From contig JABEUW010000007.1 of the NCBI GenBank assembly GCA_013043945.1, forward strand, positions 1 through 38,235: 38,235 nt of DNA. Direction: 5' to 3'. Shown here one piece after another: positions 29,201 to 37,105 of the stretch; the stretch's first letter is position 1, and every line of letters starts with the position of its first letter. Source of the stretch: Vulcanimicrobiota bacterium (GTDB lineage: Bacteria > Vulcanimicrobiota > Vulcanimicrobiia > Vulcanimicrobiales > Vulcanimicrobiaceae). Position numbers and translations under genes: made by a program. A model generated the notes under the pieces. It was given only the letters and a program-made list of their open reading frames with translations. It searched no databases and was not told the DNA's origin.

Positions 29201-29388
29201 GGCTCAGCTTCTCTCTCCACCCACCGACGGCGGCCGACCTCGCATTCGATCGCGCCTTCGAATTGCGCTATCGAAGCGCGATGAAGCGCTACGCTGCATT
29301 GCTCACCGGTGTCATCGAGCCGCTGCAAGCGAGATTGAAGGCAGCGCATCTGCCCGGTATCGAAGGCGCTCGCCCGGTCTCGCCGTGA
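26278..29388 (+). CDS. Secreted BNR/Asp-box repeat protein, paralog 3 of 4
   Basis: 1036 aa, GTG start with GGAGG 8 nt upstream, and a signal peptide. It is collinear with paralogs 1 and 2 (SIDGGKTW, TFDGGKSW, SVDGGKSW, SDDAGTHW, STDRGEHW, TRDGGKTW, SFDGGTRW). Confidence 0.9.
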   Translation: MKRWWLLPGALIALIPLATLGAARLPRSPYAALAFRSIGPAIAGGRVPAVAGSAQHPNLYYIGTAGGGVWKSVNGGATWSDVFAKEPVASIGAIAIDPRNAKTVWVGTGESNPRNDVIRGDGLYKSIDGGKTWKNVGLRESGHIAAIVVDPTDSNHVVVAVLGDVFRDSLHRGVYVTFDGGKSWEKTLYLAPDSGASDLAMDPKDPQILYAGMWEFRRQPWTFSSGGPHGGLYKSVDGGKSWKRIVGNGFPTGITGRIGLAIAPSNPKRIYALIQSRKGVLWRSDDAGTHWTRLFSGTLIDQRPFYFTHLAVDPKNENRVYTLSMNLALSTDAGKTFKRFGRGVHADAHAIWIDPSNGKRFMIGDDGGFALTLDRGKHFTFTRNLPIEQVYHVGLSTARPFMLCAALQDNEAFCGPSNSRSFDGITGRDWRVTVGGDGMWAVPDPANSRYVFADSEDGYLIRYDWKDEDFRYVGPYNATSAARFDLRLAKYRFNWDSPIAFAPWNPHVMWYGGDVVFQSTDRGEHWVAISPDLTLNIKSHQAPSGGPITKDVFGTEYSDTILDIEGSTVAKGEIWVGTDDGLVQLTRDGGKTWENVTPPGLAPFGRVETVAPSPFAAGTAYAVLDRHRSGDDAPYAFVTTDFGKHWRKIVAGIPPTQFVRTIRPDPVNPHVLYLGTDRGLYISFDGGTRWQNLRNNIPVTSFRDLRIAPRERDLVAATHGRGLWIFDDLTPLERLRAAQRAGFMLFHPRTTYRWVLHSNQEGLYGRFSGKNPPAGALISYYQRTASTTPPTLQIYDAAGHLVRTIFGTHKVGKKHVARISNRPGINRYVWDLNATPALQWKGAAPAFRVQSGPPVPPGVYTLRLTADGHTAATTVTLKADPRSPWRQADYERAFRFNLRYVDVTSAIDRVLNNLDAMGRSLGKARASTRDAALRAAIESAMKERSAVFAAFTANYRNGEDFALRAGSLREDLPAGLSFSLHPPTAADLAFDRAFELRYRSAMKRYAALLTGVIEPLQARLKAAHLPGIEGARPVSP

Positions 29389-29395
29389 CGCAGTA

Positions 29396-30238
29396 GTGCA
29401 AGCGAACGCGCTTCGAGTCGCCTACTTCGTTGCGGCGATCGCCTTGCTTGCAGCCTGTGGAACGGGGGGAACGACCGGCGGCTCCGGTACGGCACCGCCT
29501 GCGAGCCCGAGCGCGACGTGGTGGCTACCCGCAGCGGGATCGAGTTTTCAGTACGATCTTAGCCAGGCGGGGCTCCCGTCGCCGGGAGCCTCGATCGAAG
29601 ACATCGATTGGGAGGCAACGACGGCGAGCGAGGTCGCAACGTTGCATGCTGCGGGAGCGCATGCGGTCTGTTACGTCGATGCAGGAAGTTACGAAAATTG
29701 GCGTCCCGATGCCGCAAGCTTTCCCGCCGTCGTTCTCGGAAACACCTATGCCGGTTATCCGAACGAGCGTTGGCTCGATATCCGGCGCATCGATCTGCTC
29801 GCGCCGATTATGGATGCGCGTATCGCGACGTGCCGAGCAAAGGGCTTTGACGGCGTCGAATTCGATAACGTCGACGGGTACGATAACAATACCGGATTTC
29901 CACTTACGCTCCAAGACGACGAAACCTATCTCGCGAATCTCGCCGCATTCGCGCACGCCAACGGGCTGGCAGTCGGGCTCAAAAATGCGCCGGAGATGTT
30001 GCCCGCGATGGCTTCGACCGTCGACTTCGCGATAAACGAGAGCTGTTGGGCACAAGGCTGGTGCGCGCAGGATGCGCCGCTCCGCGCACAACACAAATTC
30101 ATCGTCGATGTCGAATACGACGACGTGACGAGTGCGGCGCAGTTTACTTCGGCCTTTTGCCCAGCCGCCGCCGCGCTCGGCGATACGACGATTCTGAAGC
30201 ACCCGACGCTCGACGCCTGGATTCTCACCTGTCCGTAG
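29396..30238 (+). CDS. GH114 endo-alpha-1,4-polygalactosaminidase-like lipoprotein
   Basis: 280 aa, GTG start 7 nt after the upstream stop, lipobox LLAAC. Motifs are WWLPAAGSSFQYDL, VCYVDAGSYENWRPD, ERWLDIR, KGFDGVEFDNVDGY, GLAVGLKN and INESC. Confidence 0.85.
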   Translation: MQANALRVAYFVAAIALLAACGTGGTTGGSGTAPPASPSATWWLPAAGSSFQYDLSQAGLPSPGASIEDIDWEATTASEVATLHAAGAHAVCYVDAGSYENWRPDAASFPAVVLGNTYAGYPNERWLDIRRIDLLAPIMDARIATCRAKGFDGVEFDNVDGYDNNTGFPLTLQDDETYLANLAAFAHANGLAVGLKNAPEMLPAMASTVDFAINESCWAQGWCAQDAPLRAQHKFIVDVEYDDVTSAAQFTSAFCPAAAALGDTTILKHPTLDAWILTCP

Positions 30239-30253
30239 CTTCGGAGCGAACTT

Positions 30254-30676
30254 TTATCCGGTCTTAATGCGTTTGCTGCGACCGGTGGTGTGCGGCGCCT
30301 TCCCGCGTAACGGCTCGAAGCGCCCTCCCGAATTGCGAGCGATGATGACCGCGCACGCAGCGCCGGCGATCGAATCGTTCATCACGCGTTCGACGAGTTC
30401 GAAACTTCCATCGACGTGAATGCGTGCGGCCGCTGCAAAGCGGCGGTCGGGCGAGGCGGCAAGATGTTCGAGCCGTTCTATCAGCGCGACTCGCGCAACC
30501 GGGGCCTCGCCCTCGAAAAGACAGAACTCGGTGCCGCGTGCGGCGGGGCGGGTGCGAATCTCGCCTGCGGGTTCGCTCGTGGTGCCCGTTCGTAAAAAGA
30601 CGCACTCGCCCTCGCAGGTGCGGAGCGCGGCGAGAACGCCGGGCCAATGGAGACTTTTCGGAGCCGATCGCTGCAT
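30254..30676 (-). CDS. Hypothetical protein (140 aa), no family recognised
   Basis: This is the least Arg-biased of four overlapping ORFs in the interval, and it lies convergent to GH114. No motif recognised. The tail is basic (GKAPHTTGRSKRIKTG). Confidence 0.45.
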   Translation of the reverse strand: MQRSAPKSLHWPGVLAALRTCEGECVFLRTGTTSEPAGEIRTRPAARGTEFCLFEGEAPVARVALIERLEHLAASPDRRFAAAARIHVDGSFELVERVMNDSIAGAACAVIIARNSGGRFEPLRGKAPHTTGRSKRIKTG

Positions 30677-30779
30677 GATCTCGCCTTTCGCGAAGCCGTA
30701 AGGAGCGGCCTATCGGCGGCAAACGTGCAGAAGAGATATCGAGCGGCGAGACGAAGGGTTCGCTGGACGGAGGTGCTCG

Positions 30780-33764
30780 ATGCTGCGAACCATACGCGCG
30801 TTTCTCCTATGCGGAGCCGGTCTCGTTCTCGCGACGGGCGCCGCAGCCGCCCCCGCAGCGAAGCGGCCTTTTGCCGCGCTCTCGTTCCGGTCGATCGGCC
30901 CGACGACCGGGCGTATCGATGCGGTCGCCGGTGTTCCGGGCGACGCAACGACCTACTACGCCGGAGGCCTGGGTGGGCTCTGGAAAACGACGAGTGCCGG
31001 AGATACCTGGAAGCCGATCTTCGACCGCGAGCCGGTGAGTTCGATCGGCGCAATTGCCGTCGCTCCCTCGAAGCACAACATCCTCTACGTCGGAACGGGC
31101 GAGCCGAATATTCGCAACGATATTGCCTTCGGCGACGGAATCTACCGTTCTACGAACGCGGGAAAGACGTGGCAGCATATCGGTCTGCGTGCGAGTTCGC
31201 AGATCGCGCAAATCGTCGTCGATCCAACGAATCCAAACGTCGTGTACGTCGCCGCTATCGGCGACCCATTCGCACCCTCGGCGCAACGCGGAGTCTTTAA
31301 GACGATCGACGGCGGCAAAACGTGGAAGCGCGTCCTCTACCTCGATTCCTCGACCGGTGCATCGAGCATCGCCTTCGAGCCCGGGCACCCCAATACACTC
31401 CTCGCCGGAATGTGGACGGTGCGACGGCAACCCTGGATGTTGACCAGCGGCGGCGCGAACGATGGAATCTATCGCTCCACCGACGGCGGCGCGACGTGGT
31501 CGCGCGTACGCGGCGATGGTTTACCCGCGTTGATGGGGCGTATCGGTATCGCGTTTGCCCCGAGCCTCCCGACGCGCGTCTATGCACTGATCGAGGCGCA
31601 ACACGGGGTTCTCTGGCGCAGTAACGACGCCGGACTTCACTGGCATCTCGTCAGCGATCGTCACGTTCTCGATCAACGCCCGTATTATTTTTCCCAACTT
31701 GCGGTCGATCCGCGCAATGCGGAGCGCGTCTATTTTATGTCGATTTTCGCCTCCCTTAGCAAAAATGCGGGGAAGACGTTTTCGCGCATCCACACCGGTG
31801 GATACGATCATCACCAAATATGGATCGATCCGACCGATCCACAGCGCATGATTATCGGCGCCGATGCCGGGGTGCGCATCTCGCAGGACGGCGGAAAAAC
31901 ATGGATCGACCCACAGTTGATCGTGAGCCAGCCGTACCACATCTCCGTCGATAATGAGACCCCGTATCTCGTCTGCGGTGAATTCCAAGATCCCGGTGCG
32001 GCCTGCGGGCCGAGTTTGAGTTTTACCGGTGCGATCACCCCGGATCGCTGGTTCTCGCCGCAGATGGGCGAGAGCGGCTGGATCGTCTTCTCCCCCGCGA
32101 ATCAGAACGAGATCTACGGCACCGGGTACGAAGAGAACATCGAGAGTTTCAATCGCACGACCGGCGAGGCGCGGACGATTAGCCCCTGGCCCGACGATTA
32201 TATCGGCGAGGGAGCGAATCGCTACAAATACCGGGCGGCGTGGGTCGCACCGCTCGCCGTTTCGTCGCTGCAACCGCACGCGCTCTATTACGGCGCACAG
32301 ATGGTTCTCAAAAGCGTGGACGATGGAGCGACCTGGCATGCAATCTCGCCCGATCTGACGCGCAACGATCCGAGGAAACAACATGCTTCGGGTCGGCCGA
32401 TCACGCGCGATAATGCCGGTACCGAGGTCTACGATACGATCGCCTCGATCGCCGCGTCGCCGCGTGCGAAGGGCGAACTCTGGGTCGGCACCGACGACGG
32501 CCGCGTGTGGTTGACGCGTGACGGCGGTAAGGGGTGGGTGAATCTCACCAAACACGTTCCCGGTCTGCCGAAATGGGCGCGCGTGAATTACGTCGATCCA
32601 TCGCCATTCGATCCCGCAACCGCCTATCTCGTCGCAAACAATGCCAAACTTGGAGATCGCTCGCCCTATCTCTACGTCACGCACGATTATGGAGCGCGTT
32701 GGTATTCCATCGCTGCGAATCTTCCCCGCAACTCCTATGCGCGGATGATTCGCGAGGATCCCGTCCGCAAGGGATTGCTCTACGTCGGTACCGAGACCGG
32801 GCTCTGGTATTCCGAGGATGACGGAGCGCATTGGGAGACGCTGCGGAATAACCTCGCGCATCTGCCTATTTACGATTTCGTCGTGCAGAAAGCATTCGAC
32901 GACCTCGTCGTAGCAACGCACGGGCGTGGCGTTTGGATTCTCGACGATCTCTCGCCGCTACAAGATCTGACGCCGAGGGTGGCGATGCGTGCGAGCTATC
33001 TTTTTCCCGTGCGAAAAGCGTATCGATGGGAAGCGAGCTTTGCAACGTGGGCGACGGGTGCTGGTGCGGGAGCGAACCCACCGGCGCCCGCCGATATCAA
33101 CGTGTACTTGCGTGACGTGCCGGCGAAGAACGTGCACCCGCAGATCGCGATCTACGACGGGGCCCATCTCCTCCGGAGGCTGCCGATTCTCCACCCGGTG
33201 GTTGGGGTAAACCGCGTCTGGTGGGATCTCGGCGTGCAACCGGTTCCGCATATCGCGGCCTACCACGCGACGCAGACCGGATTTATAGGGCCGACGGTCG
33301 TCCCCGGCACCTATACCGTGGAGTTGACGGGCCTCGGTGCGCCGCAGCGTCGCGAGATCCACGTGCTCCAGGATCCCAAATCGGATGCAACGATCGCCGA
33401 GATGCGCGCTCAATATGCGTTGGCGATGCAGCTGCGCGCTGCGTATCGGCGTGTTGGCAACGAGGTCGTGCAGTTGCGCCGCCTCCAAACGCGCCTCGAA
33501 CGATCGGGAAAGAAGGCCGATCTTGCGAGGGTGAACGCGGCGCTCTCGCTCCTCTATCAAGCGAATACGCAGAGCTGGGAGGATACGTTGCGCGTCCCCG
33601 AGCGGTTGTACGAACGCATCTACAACCTCGGCCAGGAGGTGCAGAGCGGCGATTACGCGCCGACGCGTGGTGAGGTGCTGCTGGCTCGCGATCTCGAAGG
33701 CAAAGTCAATGCAGCGATGCGAGCCGATAACGCGCTTATGCGATCGGCTTCAACACGGGCTTAA
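30780..33764 (+). CDS. Secreted BNR/Asp-box repeat protein, paralog 4 of 4 (most diverged)
   Basis: 994 aa, GGAGG RBS, signal peptide. It shares the architecture of the other paralogs (STNAGKTW, TIDGGKTW, STDGGATW, SNDAGLHW, SQDGGKTW, SVDDGATW, TRDGGKGW, SEDDGAHW). Its 3' end overlaps the convergent POT gene by 29 nt. Confidence 0.9.
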   Translation: MLRTIRAFLLCGAGLVLATGAAAAPAAKRPFAALSFRSIGPTTGRIDAVAGVPGDATTYYAGGLGGLWKTTSAGDTWKPIFDREPVSSIGAIAVAPSKHNILYVGTGEPNIRNDIAFGDGIYRSTNAGKTWQHIGLRASSQIAQIVVDPTNPNVVYVAAIGDPFAPSAQRGVFKTIDGGKTWKRVLYLDSSTGASSIAFEPGHPNTLLAGMWTVRRQPWMLTSGGANDGIYRSTDGGATWSRVRGDGLPALMGRIGIAFAPSLPTRVYALIEAQHGVLWRSNDAGLHWHLVSDRHVLDQRPYYFSQLAVDPRNAERVYFMSIFASLSKNAGKTFSRIHTGGYDHHQIWIDPTDPQRMIIGADAGVRISQDGGKTWIDPQLIVSQPYHISVDNETPYLVCGEFQDPGAACGPSLSFTGAITPDRWFSPQMGESGWIVFSPANQNEIYGTGYEENIESFNRTTGEARTISPWPDDYIGEGANRYKYRAAWVAPLAVSSLQPHALYYGAQMVLKSVDDGATWHAISPDLTRNDPRKQHASGRPITRDNAGTEVYDTIASIAASPRAKGELWVGTDDGRVWLTRDGGKGWVNLTKHVPGLPKWARVNYVDPSPFDPATAYLVANNAKLGDRSPYLYVTHDYGARWYSIAANLPRNSYARMIREDPVRKGLLYVGTETGLWYSEDDGAHWETLRNNLAHLPIYDFVVQKAFDDLVVATHGRGVWILDDLSPLQDLTPRVAMRASYLFPVRKAYRWEASFATWATGAGAGANPPAPADINVYLRDVPAKNVHPQIAIYDGAHLLRRLPILHPVVGVNRVWWDLGVQPVPHIAAYHATQTGFIGPTVVPGTYTVELTGLGAPQRREIHVLQDPKSDATIAEMRAQYALAMQLRAAYRRVGNEVVQLRRLQTRLERSGKKADLARVNAALSLLYQANTQSWEDTLRVPERLYERIYNLGQEVQSGDYAPTRGEVLLARDLEGKVNAAMRADNALMRSASTRA

Positions 33765-34995
33765 AAACGCGGTCGTAGATCCACAGGAGGAGCGCCGTCA
33801 CGACGCCCGCGCCGGTAACGATGAGCCAGATCGTCGCCGGGTGATCGCCGGCGCTCCCGTAATGCTGCAGTAAGGTTCCGCCGAACCAGCCGCCGACGAT
33901 CGAGCCGATCCCGATCGGGAGAAACGCAAAGCCCATGTAGGTCCCCTGCTGCCCCGGCGGAGCGAGGCGCGAGATGTACTCGTAGTAGCGCGGCGATTGA
34001 ATGATTTCACCGAGCGCGAGCACGACGAGGCTGAGGATCGCCATCAGAACGCTCGCCTTCGTGGCGATGAGCAGCCATCCAACCGAGGTGACCAGCGTTC
34101 CCAACGTCAGCGCTTTAAATGACGGAATGCGCCGCGTGAGCGCGTTCATGGCGACGGTGAGCGTGATGACGATCAACGGATCGGTGATGAGAATCATGGC
34201 GGTGTTGGCGTTCGGGTCGACGTAATCGTGAATGTAGATTGGAAGGATGAGATATTGCTGCCAATAGACGATCCAATACCCTGAAAAAATAACGAGGAAG
34301 AGCACGAAACGCCAGTTGCTGAAAACGGTCAGAAAATCGCGCGCGGTTTTCGCGAGGGAGCTTGAAGATTCGTCGGCGCGCGCGCGCGGCTCGCGGAAGA
34401 AGATGAGCACGACGAAGAACATCAGCGCGACGCTCAGCGCTGCGATGAGAAACACGTCTTGCGGCGGAAGGCGCGAATGGAGCCAGCCGGCGAGGAATGG
34501 CCCCATCGTGCTGCCGATATTGACCATCGTGTAATAGATCGCATAGCCGATGGAACGAACGCTCTCTTTCGATGCGCGTGCGGTGGTGCCGACGACGGAG
34601 GGCTTCACCAGTGCAACGCCGAGCGCGGGCAAGAAGAGAATGACGCCGGCGAGCAAGCCGAGCGGAACCACGGCGCGCACCGGCGCTAACCAGGGTGCGC
34701 CGATCGAACCGACCATAAAGTAGGCGCAGGTCAGGATAAAATATGCTGCCGAGAGCGCGCGACGGAAGCCGATACGGTCGGCGAGCGCACCTCCGAAGAT
34801 CGCCATCACCCAAACGGCCCCGCCGAAGATGCCGCTGAGACTTGCGGAGAGCGCGCTGGAGAATCCCAGCGTCTGATTGAGGTAGAGCGCGAGGGTCGAG
34901 AAGACGGCGTAGTACGAAAGACGTTCGAAGATTTCGCTGATGTTGGCAACCCAGAACGGTCGCTCGAAACCATGCCGAATTTCGTCGATCTTCAT
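33736..34995 (-). CDS. POT/PTR-family proton-dependent oligopeptide transporter (MFS)
   Basis: 419 aa and polytopic. The N-terminal ExxERFxYY signature appears as SEIFERLSYY, followed by GGALADRIGFR. Confidence 0.88.
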   Translation of the reverse strand: MKIDEIRHGFERPFWVANISEIFERLSYYAVFSTLALYLNQTLGFSSALSASLSGIFGGAVWVMAIFGGALADRIGFRRALSAAYFILTCAYFMVGSIGAPWLAPVRAVVPLGLLAGVILFLPALGVALVKPSVVGTTARASKESVRSIGYAIYYTMVNIGSTMGPFLAGWLHSRLPPQDVFLIAALSVALMFFVVLIFFREPRARADESSSSLAKTARDFLTVFSNWRFVLFLVIFSGYWIVYWQQYLILPIYIHDYVDPNANTAMILITDPLIVITLTVAMNALTRRIPSFKALTLGTLVTSVGWLLIATKASVLMAILSLVVLALGEIIQSPRYYEYISRLAPPGQQGTYMGFAFLPIGIGSIVGGWFGGTLLQHYGSAGDHPATIWLIVTGAGVVTALLLWIYDRVFKPVLKPIA

Positions 34996-35123
34996 GGGTC
35001 TCGGCGTTTCACAGCCGCCCTGGGAGATTCCCGTTTACTGGGGGATCGAACGATACCCGATGCTGCGAAATCTGCCGGTGGGAACGTTCGTCGATCGCCG
35101 GAGTGGTTGAATGGAGTCTCGAT

Positions 35124-35164
35124 AAAAAAAGTGGGCGCTTGCAGCCGAAGGCCGCAGCGCCCAC
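35124..35164 (-). terminator. Rho-independent terminator of the lipoprotein gene
   Basis: On the minus strand there is a GC-rich ~14-bp stem (GUGGGCGCUGCGGCC...GGCUGCAAGCGCCCAC, one mismatch and one bulge) followed by U7. It lies 30 nt downstream of the stop at 35194. Confidence 0.85.
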
Positions 35165-35193
35165 TCGAGAGGATCGTCGCTTCCGCTCGGAGC

Positions 35194-35991
35194 CTACTGA
35201 ATGACGACTCCCGTGGTCGTGACCCCGATGTTCGCGGTGACGTGTTGCCCGTTGGTATCGGCGAACGTCGCCGTGCATGTGCCGGCATTCACACCGGTCA
35301 CCGTGAAGGTGAAGCTCGGGCCTGCCCCGCTGCTCGGGGTGACGGTCGCGATCGTGCTGCAGGTATCGCTTTCGGTGAACGTGCCGGTGTAGCCGGTCTC
35401 CGTCACGACGAGCGTCTGCGCGTTGCTTGCTCCGGTACCGGTCAATGCGAGCGAGCTCGGTGCGACTGCGAGCGGATTCGGCGTAGGCGTGGGCGTGGGC
35501 GTGGGGACGGGAGTGGGCGTGGGAGCGGTAGTCGGGCTCGGGCTCGGGCTCGGGCTCGGCGTGGCAGTTCCGACGGTGATATTTTGTAACTGCGTCGGCA
35601 CGGCGATAAGGCCGCCGTAGCCATTGATGGTGAGCGATGCTGAGCCCGGCGAGAGTGCGGATACGTAGGCTTGCCCGTTGGGGCTGATAATCGTCTGCGG
35701 GCCCGCGGCTTTGGGGGCTCGCTGGGTGGACTGCAATTTCTGCTGCAGGCCCAGCACGGCGCCGTTACTTGAGGAAATCGTAAAAGGGCCGAGATACCCT
35801 TGCTGGCTCACCTGCAACACCGCCGTCTGCCCGACGGATTGTAGCGATCCAATGAGGTTGACGGTGAGCGCGGGCGCTGCGGGTGAGGTCGTGGTTCCGG
35901 GCCCGGAACTCGATCCTGACGAACATGCAGCGAGCGCTCCTATGCCGAGAAGGAACGCGCATCCCAAAAAAAACGAGCGCCGTAAGTTCAT
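35194..35991 (-). CDS. Lipoprotein with two Ig-like/beta-rich halves joined by a Pro/Thr/Ser linker
   Basis: The track ORF begins at a TTG (35994). ATG 35991 with AAGGAGAG 5 nt upstream is the better start. The signal and lipobox are MNLRRSFFLGCAFLLGIGALAAC. The central linker is TPSPSPSPSPTTAPTPTPVPTPTPTPTPNP. Confidence 0.8.
   Translation of the reverse strand: MNLRRSFFLGCAFLLGIGALAACSSGSSSGPGTTTSPAAPALTVNLIGSLQSVGQTAVLQVSQQGYLGPFTISSSNGAVLGLQQKLQSTQRAPKAAGPQTIISPNGQAYVSALSPGSASLTINGYGGLIAVPTQLQNITVGTATPSPSPSPSPTTAPTPTPVPTPTPTPTPNPLAVAPSSLALTGTGASNAQTLVVTETGYTGTFTESDTCSTIATVTPSSGAGPSFTFTVTGVNAGTCTATFADTNGQHVTANIGVTTTGVVIQ
35480..35562. repeat. In-frame hexanucleotide microsatellite block encoding the PT/PS linker
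   Basis: GGGCTC occurs four times perfectly (35534-35557), preceded by GGCGTG/GGCGTA repeats (35480-35525). Confidence 0.85.
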
Positions 35992-36114
35992 CAAGACTCT
36001 CCTTACAGTAACGAATGAGGCGGACTTCGCTTGCCTTTAAGGCACTCCTCCTACGGCGCCATAGATCTCAACGTTCACGCGAAGTCCAAATGGCTGCTTG
36101 CTTCGCCTAGGGTA

Positions 36115-36912
36115 TCAAGGCAAGCGAGCGTGGCCTCTCGGAACCTGGTGGATCGAAATGCTTTGCGTCACGCGTTCCAGATTTTTTGCGGCGACCGTAA
36201 TGAGGCCGCCGCGCGGGCTATCCAGGTCGGCGATGATGTAACTCGCGACCGCGAGTAGCAGGGGGAGCAACACGTAAAAACGTCGCGGATTTTCGCTCGG
36301 TTGCTCGTAGTAACCGATCAACCCGCACGAGAAGATCGCAATGACGATCATTAGCGCCCAGGCCGGCACCGGGACACGATCCTCCCACGCCGCCTGAGTC
36401 GACTGCTCGGCGTCCGTCACTTCGTTCATACCTTCGACGACGAGCGCGGTGATCGAATTCTGGTGCGCGAATGCCGGTATTCTGACCGATTCCCAGAGCT
36501 TGTTCTGTAACGTCAGCGTCGCACGAAGGATTTTTGCATCGGACGCATCGTTCGGCGCATTGTATAAGGCGATGCGGTCGTTGAGGTACGCGCGGAGGAG
36601 CTGCTCGACGTGCAGCGCTTGCGGTTGCGGCAAGAGGCTCGCACGTTCGTACTCGGTCCCGATGACCGAGGCCTCTTGGGCTTCGAGGCTCTTGCGATGA
36701 TCGTATCTGGCCGACGCCATTGAGAAACTAAAACCGACAAGCAAGCTTAGCAGCGTGAGCGTTGCCGAGAGAATGAGATTGAGGTCTTCTCTCTCGCCTT
36801 CGCCGAGGGCTTTGCGACGCGCGCGCAGCCATCTACCGAGCGTCGCTGCGACGAGCAGTACGACGAGCCAAAGAATCGCCCAGAGAAACGGATGGTCGAG
36901 CAGTCGATGCAT
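36115..36912 (-). CDS. DUF4239 (bestrophin-like) membrane protein
   Basis: 265 aa with an N-terminal TM and C-terminal TMs. LLVGFSFSMASARYDHRKSLEAQEASVIGTEYERASLLP resembles the DUF4239 core as I remember it. Confidence 0.65.
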   Translation of the reverse strand: MHRLLDHPFLWAILWLVVLLVAATLGRWLRARRKALGEGEREDLNLILSATLTLLSLLVGFSFSMASARYDHRKSLEAQEASVIGTEYERASLLPQPQALHVEQLLRAYLNDRIALYNAPNDASDAKILRATLTLQNKLWESVRIPAFAHQNSITALVVEGMNEVTDAEQSTQAAWEDRVPVPAWALMIVIAIFSCGLIGYYEQPSENPRRFYVLLPLLLAVASYIIADLDSPRGGLITVAAKNLERVTQSISIHQVPRGHARLP

Positions 36913-37105
36913 AACGGTGTGCCTTTCGAGAAGCGGATGCTCGTTCGTTCGGCCTTACTCGGTGCGCGGAAGCTGCGGCCTCGCAACCAAGAACGCGCGG
37001 GCCCATTCCCGAATTTCCGCGCTCCCTCCTCCCGCTGGGAATCTTCGACGGGCGAATCGACCGGGTCGCTGCTCGCCCGCGCGGCCATTCAACACTCCGG
37101 CACAA

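Noticed and set aside
8373-32921. Long antisense ORFs opposite the BNR genes and others (e.g. 8373..9482, 10932..11792, 11644..12741, 13774..14730, 26296..27324, 31521..32921; 286-466 aa), which even resemble each other
   Set aside because: They are Arg/Asp/Gly-rich with no motifs, as is typical of shadow frames in high-GC DNA. Their mutual similarity simply mirrors the sense-strand paralogy. The sense frames carry signal peptides and Asp-box motifs.
35480-35562. Short tandem repeats as a possible CRISPR or other non-coding array
   Set aside because: The repeat unit is 6 nt with no spacers, and it lies in frame inside a CDS encoding a Pro/Thr/Ser linker.
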